64,000 nt of DNA from positions 2,108 through 66,107 of the forward strand of contig JAJCYP010000010.1 of the NCBI GenBank assembly GCA_029262855.1, written 5' to 3'. This stretch comes from Bacteroidota bacterium. Its GTDB lineage: Bacteria; Bacteroidota; Rhodothermia; Rhodothermales; UBA10348. Made by a program: the position numbers and the translations under genes. The notes below the pieces were generated by a model. It did no database searches, was not told the DNA's origin, and saw nothing but the letters and a program-made list of their open reading frames with translations. Shown here piece by piece: positions 36,598 to 45,618 of the stretch (position 1 is the first letter of the stretch; every line of letters starts with the position of its first letter).

Positions 36598-37449
36598 GTG
36601 AGATCTGCCCTCTGGACCTTGTTGCTGGCTGTGGTTCTCGTGTCCTGCGACACGGGCACGTTTGACCCGTTCGACAACGGTGAGCGCTATTTCACACTCT
36701 ACGGATTTCTGGATGAGCGCGAATCGGCCCACACGCTCCGGGTCATTCCGATCTCGCGATTTGCGGCCGAGATCGAGGATCCTTCGGTCCCCCAGGCCTC
36801 CATCGACGGCGTCGTGACGTCAACCGATCTGCGGACGGGCCAGGTGACGCTATGGAGCCATCGCCTCGACCGGATGGACGATGGCACCCTGGGGCACGTC
36901 TTCCGGGGACGGTTCCAGGTCCGCGCGGGCCGTACGTACCGACTGGAGATTACCCGCAATGACGGCACGGTCACGGCAGCCGAGACCACTATTCCCCGTT
37001 TCCCGGTCACCAGGCCGGATCCCGACACGCTCTTTTTCCCCTACGAGGTAAGTCCCGACTCCGCGCTGACTCAGGAGGTCCACCTTCCCGGAATCGTGTC
37101 CCCGTGGGAGATCTACCTGGACTATGATCTACAGGGTCAACTGGTACGGGTCCCCTATGGCAGATCCGGCTGGCGCACCGCCGATGGCTGGAAGTTCACG
37201 GTCAGCCTCCGGGATGATGCGGCCCAGATGCGGAGCGTTCTGGGGCTTACGGCCGACGACACCCTGCCCCTTGTCCACGCCATCACCGTCTCGATTCGAG
37301 CGCTGGACGATGCCTGGGATCCGCCACAGGGCAACTTCGACCCCGAGGCGTTGGCCCAACCAGGGGTTCTCTCCAATGTCGAGAAGGGCTACGGTTTCTG
37401 GGGAGGAATCGGCACCTATATCTACACCTGGACTGTACCGGCGCGGTAG
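36598..37449 (+). CDS. DUF4249-like lipoprotein
   Basis: Lipobox LVSC; GRTYRLEIT, SNVEKGYGFWGG C-terminal motif. Confidence 0.7.
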   Translation: MRSALWTLLLAVVLVSCDTGTFDPFDNGERYFTLYGFLDERESAHTLRVIPISRFAAEIEDPSVPQASIDGVVTSTDLRTGQVTLWSHRLDRMDDGTLGHVFRGRFQVRAGRTYRLEITRNDGTVTAAETTIPRFPVTRPDPDTLFFPYEVSPDSALTQEVHLPGIVSPWEIYLDYDLQGQLVRVPYGRSGWRTADGWKFTVSLRDDAAQMRSVLGLTADDTLPLVHAITVSIRALDDAWDPPQGNFDPEALAQPGVLSNVEKGYGFWGGIGTYIYTWTVPAR

Positions 37450-37640
37450 AATGGGAACTGCTCACCTTCCGGCGAAAAAGTCCTTTTTTGAGGTGTTTTG
37501 GAACCTTTTGCCGTCCGGACGCATATACTTGTTGCGACGGGCGATTATTGCCGTCGCGATAGCGGACGGGTTGAGCGTGCTCCCCCTCACGGTTCTGGAA
37601 GCCTGTTAACGTACCCGATAACCAACCGGAAATAGGACCA

Positions 37641-37856
37641 ATGGATAAGTCGAAATTGTACCGAGAGAAGCTCCAGGCTCAGATGGACGAATGGGCAGCC
37701 GACCTTGACAAACTAAAAGCCAAGGCTCGCGGCCAGGGCGCAGACGCCGGCCTGGAGATCCAGGGAATGCTCGAGCAACTTGAGAGCAAACTCCGCGAAG
37801 GGAAGGCCCGGCTGAAGGCCGCTTGGGAAGCAGAGAAGCAGGAAGACGAGGTCTAG
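37641..37856 (+). CDS. Small coiled-coil stress-type protein
   Basis: YREKLQAQMDEWAADLDKLKAKA...AW; purine-rich RBS (AGGA). Confidence 0.75.
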   Translation: MDKSKLYREKLQAQMDEWAADLDKLKAKARGQGADAGLEIQGMLEQLESKLREGKARLKAAWEAEKQEDEV

Positions 37857-37874
37857 TCGACTTTAGGATTACGA

Positions 37875-38327
37875 TTGAAAGCCATCAAGGCGCTTCTTGT
37901 TGTTTCCGTCACGCTCTTCGGATGCAGCGGCACGCGGCCCGTCGACCTGGGCGTCGTCGATCGTAGCCTCCCCGCCTGCCCCGAAACCCCCAACTGCGTT
38001 TCGAGCGACGAGGACCCACTGGACGCGCAGCACTACATCCCAGCAATTTCGGCGTCTGGCGATTCGGCCGCAGTCTGGGACGCGGTCCGGGCCGCCGTTG
38101 AGGACTTGCCCAGGACGACCATCATATCTGAAACCGGCGACTACCTCCACGCGGAGTCCGTCAGTCGCATTTTCCGATTTGTGGACGACCTCGAAGTACA
38201 CTGGCGCCCTTCGGAAGGCGTCGTCGCAGTACGCTCGGCCTCCCGAGTCGGACGCAGCGACTTCGGCGTGAATCGCAAGCGGGTTGAGCGGCTTCGCGAA
38301 TTGCTACAGGACCGGCTCGAGTCTTGA
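37875..38327 (+). CDS. DUF1499 family lipoprotein
   Basis: Lipobox LFGC; CPETPNCVSS, FRFVDDLE, VRSASRVGRSDFGVNRKRVE. Confidence 0.92.
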   Translation: MKAIKALLVVSVTLFGCSGTRPVDLGVVDRSLPACPETPNCVSSDEDPLDAQHYIPAISASGDSAAVWDAVRAAVEDLPRTTIISETGDYLHAESVSRIFRFVDDLEVHWRPSEGVVAVRSASRVGRSDFGVNRKRVERLRELLQDRLES

Positions 38328-39460
38328 ACCTGGCATCTGGACTCCTACCCGTCCTCCTGGGAGCGGCATCCGTCCTGGTGCTGTGCACCCTCTTGCCGCT
38401 GTGGCGAAAGGAGGCCTGGTGGGTCCGGGGATGGGACTTTCCTCGCGTCCAATTGCTTGGCTACGGTGCGGCCATTCTGGTCGGCGTGCTGGTCTTTCTC
38501 CAACCCGGTGCCGTGCCGACCCGAGCGATCTGGGCCGTCACCCTGGCCTGCATGGCCTATCAGGCATGGTGGATAATCCCTTACACCCGCCTGGTCTCCC
38601 CGGAGGTGGCCCCCGCTGTTGGCGCGTCACCCGCCCATACGCTCCGGATTATCACCGCAAATGTCCTGACGCCGAACCGGGAGGCCGCCCGGCTCATTCG
38701 GCTGGTGCGTGAGGCTGATCCAGACATTCTGGTCACTCTCGAAACGGACGCGTGGTGGGAGACTCAGCTTGCCCCATTGGAGGAGGAGTACCGCTACACC
38801 GTCAAGTGCCCACTGGACAACCTATACGGCATGCACGTTTACTCCCGTCTGCCGCTTACTGATACGCACCTCGAGTTTCTGGTTGAACGCGACGTTCCGT
38901 CGATCCATGCTCTGGTCTCGCTGAGATCGGGGGATCGCGTCCGCGCACACTTCCTGCATCCGGCTCCGCCCAGCCCGACCGAGAATCCAGAATCCACTGA
39001 GCGCGATGCCGAGTTGTTGATCGTAGCAGAGAGTGTTGCCGACTGCACCATACCTGTCGTGGTAACGGGCGACCTCAACGACGTCGCCTGGTCCAGTACC
39101 ACCCGGCTTTTTCGAAAGATCTCCGGGCTGCTCGATCCGCGTGTGGGCCGTGGGATGTTCAACACGTTTCACGCAGACGTGCCTTTCATGCGCTGGCCCC
39201 TGGACCACGTCTTTCACAGCGCTCACTTTCGACTTGGCGAGCTTCGCCGTTTGGAGAGCTTCGGGTCCGATCATTTCCCGCTCTTTTCTGAGCTGGTGCT
39301 GGACGCCGAGGTCAGTGCCGCCAGCCAGGAGGGACTGGATGCTGACAAGGATGACAAGGTCCTCGCCCATGAAAAGGTCGCCGCTCTCGACGTGAAGAAG
39401 GACGATGTGCCTGCGCCCGGGGAGGCTCCCGGTTCTGGGCCGCGGTCGCCTACCAGCTGA
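38324..39460 (+). CDS. Endonuclease/exonuclease/phosphatase family membrane protein
   Basis: N-terminal TMs; ANVL, TLETD, GDLNDV, PLDHVF, GSDHFP; TTGA overlap with DUF1499. Confidence 0.9.
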   Translation: MNLASGLLPVLLGAASVLVLCTLLPLWRKEAWWVRGWDFPRVQLLGYGAAILVGVLVFLQPGAVPTRAIWAVTLACMAYQAWWIIPYTRLVSPEVAPAVGASPAHTLRIITANVLTPNREAARLIRLVREADPDILVTLETDAWWETQLAPLEEEYRYTVKCPLDNLYGMHVYSRLPLTDTHLEFLVERDVPSIHALVSLRSGDRVRAHFLHPAPPSPTENPESTERDAELLIVAESVADCTIPVVVTGDLNDVAWSSTTRLFRKISGLLDPRVGRGMFNTFHADVPFMRWPLDHVFHSAHFRLGELRRLESFGSDHFPLFSELVLDAEVSAASQEGLDADKDDKVLAHEKVAALDVKKDDVPAPGEAPGSGPRSPTS

Positions 39461-41291
39461 CCTCGAGCACCCGCACGCCCAGATCCTCAATCGGGTAGCC
39501 ATCGGCGACGGTGATGGTTTCCTCGCGGCCGGAGAGGATGTCTGTCAGGGTTATCGTATCTGGCCACCGCCAGGCCATCTCCGAGAGATCGAGGGTTCGC
39601 TGGCTTTCGTGTCCGTTGATGAGAATCAGCATCGTCTGATCCTCGGTCATTCGCAGGTAGCTGTAGACGTCCCGGCCCCAATCCGGCGCGTAGTGTACCA
39701 ACCTGCCCTCGGTCAGGGCGGGATAGTTCTTGCGAGCGCGGAGGAGGCCCCGCGTGAAGTTGAACATCGCGTTTTCTTCCTCGGTGCGCCCTGCATCGGT
39801 GAACACGCTTCGCGTATCCCCAGGGAAGCCGCCCGGCATGTCGGCGCGCAGCTCCACGTGACTCGCACCGCCCATCATCCCCAACTCGGTGCCGTACAGG
39901 ATCTGCGGTATCCCCCGCGTGGTCAAGATGAGTGCGAGCATCTGCCGGACCCGCGGGGAATGCCCCTGCGCCTCGTAGATGGCTCTTGTCACGTCGTGGT
40001 TATCAAGGAAGGTCAGGAGGTTATCCGGGTTCGCGTACAGGAAGTCCTGGGCGATGACCATGTAGATGTCCTTCAGGTTGCCCTTCCTGGTGATGTAGGC
40101 GCGGGTGGCATCCATCAGGGCGAAGTCCATCACGGTGGGCAGGTTGGTTTCGACAGCGCCGGGGAGCTGACTGCCGCGTTGGTAGGCAGCCAGATAGCCG
40201 GGCACACCCTCCCAGATTTCGCCGACGATGTTGAAGTCTGGATATTCGTTAAGAATCACGGCCTCCCAGCGGGTCAGGAAATCCTGATCGGGATAGGGGT
40301 AGGTGTCTTCCCGAATTCCATCCAGCCCTGTGTACTCGATCCACCAGAGGGTATTCTGGATGCGATAAGTAGCCACGAATGGATCTCGCTGGTTGACGTC
40401 AGGCATCCTCGATACGAACCAGAACGACTTCAGCATGTCCTCCGCGTGCGGATCCGCATAGGGATCGATTGGCGCAAGCTTGTAGTGCGTCCGGGGCGTA
40501 TCCGCGGTGTTGTTGATCCAACTTGCAGCCGGGAGATCCTGCATCCACCGATGATTGATGCCGATGTGGTTGTTCACGTGGTCGAAAATGACCTTCAATC
40601 CGCGGGCGTGTGCCTCCTGGACGAACCGGCGGTAGTCCGCGTTTGAGCCGAACCGGGCGTCAATCTGGTAGAGGTCGGTGGCCGCATATCCGTGGTAGCT
40701 GTTCCGGCCGCTGTTCTCGAGAACGGGATTCAGCCAAATGGCTGTGATCCCCAGGTCCTCCAGGTAATCCAGATGGTCAATCAGACCCTGAAGGTCCCCG
40801 CCATGACGAGCACCGGGGCGGGCCCGATCAACCTGCTCCGAGAGCCCGGGCACCGCATTGTTTCCCGGGTTGCCGTCGGCAAACCGGTCCGGTGTGATCA
40901 GATACACCACGTCTTCAGGTCCAAAGCCCTGATGGCGTTCCTCCCCCGACTCACGAGCCCTCAGTTCGTAGTCCACCTCGGCGCTGCCTCCTGCTCCCGA
41001 AACCCTCAGGGTGTACGACCCCGGCTCCAGATCAGGCGGGACAGTAAAGTCCACGAAGGCATAGCTGGAGCTCTCCAGCGTGTGCACAGCGGTTACCCGA
41101 AGCGCAGGGTCGTCAAACGACGCCATGACGCCGCCCAGGTTCTCGCCATAGATCATCAATTGGACCTTGTCCCACCGCATCCCGACCCACCAGTTGGGCG
41201 GTTCCACCTTGTCGATGGACAGGGTTTGGCCTGATACCGGAAGACTGGCACCAACGGCTGCCAGCAACAGAAACACAAGGACAGAACGCAT
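39450..41291 (-). CDS. GH13 alpha-amylase / cyclomaltodextrinase (neopullulanase-like), secreted
   Basis: KVEPPNWW, YLITPDRFADG, YHGYA, DHVNNH, DGIREDT, VGEIW, FLDNHD. Confidence 0.93.
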   Translation of the reverse strand: MRSVLVFLLLAAVGASLPVSGQTLSIDKVEPPNWWVGMRWDKVQLMIYGENLGGVMASFDDPALRVTAVHTLESSSYAFVDFTVPPDLEPGSYTLRVSGAGGSAEVDYELRARESGEERHQGFGPEDVVYLITPDRFADGNPGNNAVPGLSEQVDRARPGARHGGDLQGLIDHLDYLEDLGITAIWLNPVLENSGRNSYHGYAATDLYQIDARFGSNADYRRFVQEAHARGLKVIFDHVNNHIGINHRWMQDLPAASWINNTADTPRTHYKLAPIDPYADPHAEDMLKSFWFVSRMPDVNQRDPFVATYRIQNTLWWIEYTGLDGIREDTYPYPDQDFLTRWEAVILNEYPDFNIVGEIWEGVPGYLAAYQRGSQLPGAVETNLPTVMDFALMDATRAYITRKGNLKDIYMVIAQDFLYANPDNLLTFLDNHDVTRAIYEAQGHSPRVRQMLALILTTRGIPQILYGTELGMMGGASHVELRADMPGGFPGDTRSVFTDAGRTEEENAMFNFTRGLLRARKNYPALTEGRLVHYAPDWGRDVYSYLRMTEDQTMLILINGHESQRTLDLSEMAWRWPDTITLTDILSGREETITVADGYPIEDLGVRVLEVSW

Positions 41292-41378
41292 AGCAGTGAG
41301 GGTCTATCCCGCTGTAAGTCCCCTTCACGCCGACTGTTTCGCGTAGATTCACGGCTCCTTGATCAGCTGCCGTGCTCC

Positions 41379-41639
41379 ATGCCCATTTCCCTGCCCGACG
41401 ACAAACGCGTCGAGGCCATCGCGTCCATCAAGCAATACGCGCTTGAGAATTTTGACGAGCCGCTCGGAGACCTGGGGTCAGGTTTCCTGTTGGACTTCTT
41501 CCTCACCGAGATCGGACCCGCCGTCTACAACAGGGCTGTCCGGGATACGCAGGAGCGGATTCAGGCCGCGGTGATGGATGTGGATGTGGACCTGCTGGAG
41601 CCCGAGTTCACCTACTGGAAAACACGTCGGAAGAAGTGA
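41379..41639 (+). CDS. DUF2164 family protein
   Basis: LLDFFLTEIGPAVYNRAVRD. Confidence 0.85.
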   Translation: MPISLPDDKRVEAIASIKQYALENFDEPLGDLGSGFLLDFFLTEIGPAVYNRAVRDTQERIQAAVMDVDVDLLEPEFTYWKTRRKK

Positions 41640-41677
41640 ACCCGAAGCGCGTTGCCCGGATGACCGGTGCCCTTGGC

Positions 41678-43696
41678 TCAACCCGTGGCTTCTCCGGAAG
41701 GCCGGACATCACGCCTGCCCCTGACGTCACGGTTGCGACGGCGAAGACTTGGTCGGTCGTTCCCCTTTCCCGCGGTAATCGGAACACCAATCGTGGCGGT
41801 GCTCCATATCTCCTCCTCTTCCTCGTAGGCCTGATCTTCCACCTTCAGGTAGCCGCCGAGTTTGCGTTCCGCGAGTTCCTGAGCATGACCCAGTTGGCCT
41901 CCGATCTCATCGTCCGACCACCCTTCCGGGGCGCCCGTCCATGTCGCGCCACTCAGTGAAACCACCGTTTCGAGATACTCGCCTTGGCTCCGGGTCTGGA
42001 TCCTGATTCGGCCTCGACCGCCAAGCCCGACCAGCGCGACCGCCTCGGTTGCCTTTTGAAGAAGGAGCAACAGGGTGTGGTTGAGCTCGTGGCGGGAGCA
42101 CACCAGTTTGGGCAGGTCGGCTGCCAGATCCATTTCCACGTCGGCGATCGGTGACCATGCATGAGTCGTGATGACGGCCGTCGTGGTCACCTGATGGTTC
42201 AGGTCGAGGCCTGCTTCAGAACGATCTGTCTCCCGGAGGTCGCCGAATTCCATGAGCGCGCCAGACAGCCTACTCACGCGCGACAACGACCGTTTGGCCT
42301 CGGCAAAGAGGTCCAGCGTGTCGCCAGATGTCAGGTCGGTCACCATCTTGGGCAACTGAGGCTCCAGGTCCGCCATGATTTCGGCGGTGTCCTCGCCCGC
42401 CTTCACCGCAAGAAACAGCCGGAGGCAACTCCTATTGAAGTCCAACTGAGTCGTGAGATCCTCCTCCAGATTCCGAAGAGTCCGCTCGGCGCAGGTCGCG
42501 GGCTTCAGGATTTCGTTAGCCACACCGAAAGCCAACTCGCCCACGGCATGCATGCGCTCGGCACGACGCAGCTTGATTTTCAATTCGCGGGTTTTGGAAA
42601 CGTCGGTCACGATCGCAACGAAGAGCTGCCGCCCAAGCAGCGTGACCACCCGCATGTGCACCGTCACCTCGTACTCGGACCCGTCCTTTCTTCGGTAGCT
42701 GGTGTTGTACTGGAGGTCCTTGCGGGATCCCTGGAGGAGAGGCAGCACCATCCGCTGCAGCACTCTGGGATCGAATCGGGGCTGGATGTCTTCGGCCTTC
42801 AGAGCAGCCAGTTCGTCGATAGAATAACCGAGGTTAGTTCTCGCCCGTTGATTGGCGGTCAGAAAATGGGTGGTCGCCGGATCCAGGAAGTAGATTTCGT
42901 CGGACGAGTCATCCAGAATTTCGCTCAGGTGTCGCGCCTTGTCACAGGCGGATTGGCCAGCCTCGCGTTCCGCACCCAGCCGGTTGTCGAAGAGAATCGT
43001 CAGGTGCGTGATGCCGAGAGTGAACAAGGCAACCATCCCGATGGCAACCGCAAACCAGGTATTGTCAACTGAGAGCCCATCGGGCAGGCCCGAGTGGTTG
43101 GGCACGTACATGGCGGCCGCCATGCCGGTATAGTGCATCCCGCTGATGGCCACGCCCATGATGAGCGCGGCGGCGACCTTCCACCATCGATGGTGGTGCA
43201 GGTGCCTGTTGGCAAGCGTGAAGATGATCCACAGTGCGGCTGTCGCAGCCAGAATCGCGATCAGTACTGACAGGATCAGCAGGCTGGGACGGTAGCTGAG
43301 CGTTGCCTCCATGCGCATCGCCGCCATGCCGGTATAGTGCATCGAGGCGATGCCGCCTCCCAAGAGCAAGCCACTCAACGCAAGGAGAGTCGGCGTCTGG
43401 GATGCGAGGGACGCCGTGTGTATGGCGAATCCCGCGGCTCCAATTCCCACGAGGAGCGACAGCAGGGTCAGTCCGAGATCGTAGGAGAACGGAATGGCAA
43501 TGCTGTAGGCGAGCATGCCCACGAAATGCATCGTCCAGATCCCAAAGCCCATGGATACGGCGCCACCTGCAAGCCACATCCATCGACGCGTCTCGGCCTC
43601 GGCCACACGCCTGGCCAGTTCAAGAGCCGTGTATGAGGCCGCCGCGGCGACCAGGTACGACAGCCCAACGAGCCAGTAATTGTACGATCCTTCCAT
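41678..43696 (-). CDS. MHYT-PAS sensor with degenerate histidine-kinase-like C-terminus
   Basis: Three MHYT repeats (GIWTMHFVGM, IASMHYTGM, ISGMHYTGM), PAS (RRKDGSEYEV), H-box GVANEILKP lacking His, degenerate ATP boxes. Confidence 0.85.
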   Translation of the reverse strand: MEGSYNYWLVGLSYLVAAAASYTALELARRVAEAETRRWMWLAGGAVSMGFGIWTMHFVGMLAYSIAIPFSYDLGLTLLSLLVGIGAAGFAIHTASLASQTPTLLALSGLLLGGGIASMHYTGMAAMRMEATLSYRPSLLILSVLIAILAATAALWIIFTLANRHLHHHRWWKVAAALIMGVAISGMHYTGMAAAMYVPNHSGLPDGLSVDNTWFAVAIGMVALFTLGITHLTILFDNRLGAEREAGQSACDKARHLSEILDDSSDEIYFLDPATTHFLTANQRARTNLGYSIDELAALKAEDIQPRFDPRVLQRMVLPLLQGSRKDLQYNTSYRRKDGSEYEVTVHMRVVTLLGRQLFVAIVTDVSKTRELKIKLRRAERMHAVGELAFGVANEILKPATCAERTLRNLEEDLTTQLDFNRSCLRLFLAVKAGEDTAEIMADLEPQLPKMVTDLTSGDTLDLFAEAKRSLSRVSRLSGALMEFGDLRETDRSEAGLDLNHQVTTTAVITTHAWSPIADVEMDLAADLPKLVCSRHELNHTLLLLLQKATEAVALVGLGGRGRIRIQTRSQGEYLETVVSLSGATWTGAPEGWSDDEIGGQLGHAQELAERKLGGYLKVEDQAYEEEEEIWSTATIGVPITAGKGNDRPSLRRRNRDVRGRRDVRPSGEATG

Positions 43697-43807
43697 GCGG
43701 TGGGTAGCCCGGAGTAATCCGACCGCTTCCTCGCGGCCCGACTATGCTGGGATCGGTCCATGAGGTGTACTTGTTAAGTGAGTGCACCCGTATTGCCGTC
43801 CCCAGAG

Positions 43808-45574
43808 TTACCTCAGGCGCACCTGCGTCGAGGCGCTCCCGCCTTTCTTGCTCGAATAGCCAATCGTCACTTCTCCAGAACCACGTACCAGGTACTCCAC
43901 CGTCCGCGTCGTGTGACCGGGGTGTCCGTTCCGGACCAGGATTCGGGACAGGTCGTGCTGGTCAATGAGGTCTGTCGCGCCTGGCATGTGCTTGCTCTGG
44001 ACCCATCCGGCTGAAATCACCTCGACGTTGCGTCCGGCAAGAGTGAGCAGGTCAGGATCCACCACCTGGTTTTCCGCAGCGCGAGCCGTGATGGTAGGCG
44101 TCAGCTTGGTGTTCTCGACATCCACGCGGACCCGGTAGACATCGCCGCCCACCTTTTCGACACGGGTCGCTCCCATCTTCATCAGCGGCATCTCATCTGC
44201 CTGATAGAGACTGAAGGCCATGTTGCGGTGGCTGAGCTCCTCGTTCATGAATCGCGGCGGCACCCGCCCCCGCATTTTCTTCCAGCCACCCATCTCCACG
44301 GTGCCGTACTGCGGGTGCTCAAAGCTCTCCCATTCCACGTACTGGTCCCCGAACTCCAGGAAGTCGTCGAAGAAGTAGCTCCCCCTCTGTCCGGCAATCG
44401 GGCTGTCCGGATCTGCCTGCTGCGCCTTCAGATCAGGACTGTTGTAGTACTGGCCGCCGGCCCAAAGCTCGTTCGAGAACGATACGATTCCGAGTCCGTC
44501 GTTGGTCCAGTCGATGAATCCGCCGTGGACCGTGTAGAGCCCGCTCCAGATCACGATGTAGTCGTAGTAGGGAAGCATGCGTTCCCCGTTCTCACCGAGC
44601 GTGTCGTAGAGCTGGATGTCTTCACGCGGATAGCGCCCCTGCCATTCCGCGCCCGGGCCACGGAGTATCATGCCGCCTGAGTTGTGGTAGGACTGGACAC
44701 CCGCAATGTTCGGGTGGCTTACCAGGAAATCATTCACAGCGCGAGCGGTCGGCAACTGGAACGGGTAGTCCATGGCACCGCCCTGGATGTAGTTGGGCTG
44801 CCAATCCGAGGCCCAGTTCCGGTTCGGGTCATACCCGCCCGGTCCGTCCTCGTTGACCCTGCCATCCCCATCGTTGTCGATCCCCTCGCGACCCAGGATT
44901 ACCCAGTCGCCCTTCTCGCCTGCGGGTACGGGCTCCAGCATCCGGCGATCATCGTGGCTGATGCGGTGGGTGCCCTCTCCCGGGACGAACTTCCTGATGG
45001 TATCGAACACCCCGTTGCCGTTCAGGTCGTCGGGTCCGTCCTCGTCGTAGAGGCCGTCATTGTCACTGTCCACCGGCACATGACCGGTTCGTGCGCCTGA
45101 TCCGGTGTCCTCGAAGAAGTATTGCCGACCATCTGGGTTCACGGTCGGAACGATGTAGAATACGCGCTCGTCCACCAGTCGGGTGATCATGTCGATCTTC
45201 CCGTAGTTCTCCATCAGATACCAGACGGTGTAGAGGCTGACCTCCGCTCCCTGGATCTCGTTTCCGTGGACGTTGGCCTCGATATACATCGCGGCCTTGT
45301 CCATCTCATCGCCTGTCTTCGGGTTGTTGACGGTCATCAGCATGATGTCCCGCCCCCCGTAGCTCTTGCCGAGAGTCGAGTACGTCAGGAATTCCGGATA
45401 CGCCTTCTCAAGGCGGAGCAGGTCGACTTTCAGTTCATCGTAGTCGTGCCAGCGGTTGAAGTCTATCTGGACCTTGTGTTGCGGATCGGATGCCTGCTGG
45501 GCTGTTGCCGCAGGAGCAAAGACCAGGGGGGCGAGAAATAGCGCCGCCAGGGCGAAAAGGAATGCGTGCTTCAT
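43808..45574 (-). CDS. M14 family metallocarboxypeptidase (catalytic residues intact)
   Basis: HGNE, PNRNW, SYHNSG, SNELW; DxDxDG calcium-binding-type repeats. Confidence 0.9.
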   Translation of the reverse strand: MKHAFLFALAALFLAPLVFAPAATAQQASDPQHKVQIDFNRWHDYDELKVDLLRLEKAYPEFLTYSTLGKSYGGRDIMLMTVNNPKTGDEMDKAAMYIEANVHGNEIQGAEVSLYTVWYLMENYGKIDMITRLVDERVFYIVPTVNPDGRQYFFEDTGSGARTGHVPVDSDNDGLYDEDGPDDLNGNGVFDTIRKFVPGEGTHRISHDDRRMLEPVPAGEKGDWVILGREGIDNDGDGRVNEDGPGGYDPNRNWASDWQPNYIQGGAMDYPFQLPTARAVNDFLVSHPNIAGVQSYHNSGGMILRGPGAEWQGRYPREDIQLYDTLGENGERMLPYYDYIVIWSGLYTVHGGFIDWTNDGLGIVSFSNELWAGGQYYNSPDLKAQQADPDSPIAGQRGSYFFDDFLEFGDQYVEWESFEHPQYGTVEMGGWKKMRGRVPPRFMNEELSHRNMAFSLYQADEMPLMKMGATRVEKVGGDVYRVRVDVENTKLTPTITARAAENQVVDPDLLTLAGRNVEVISAGWVQSKHMPGATDLIDQHDLSRILVRNGHPGHTTRTVEYLVRGSGEVTIGYSSKKGGSASTQVRLR

Positions 45575-45618
45575 GGCTGCTCGGAATCTGGGGGTGACGG
45601 TTTCGATGGACACAGGCA

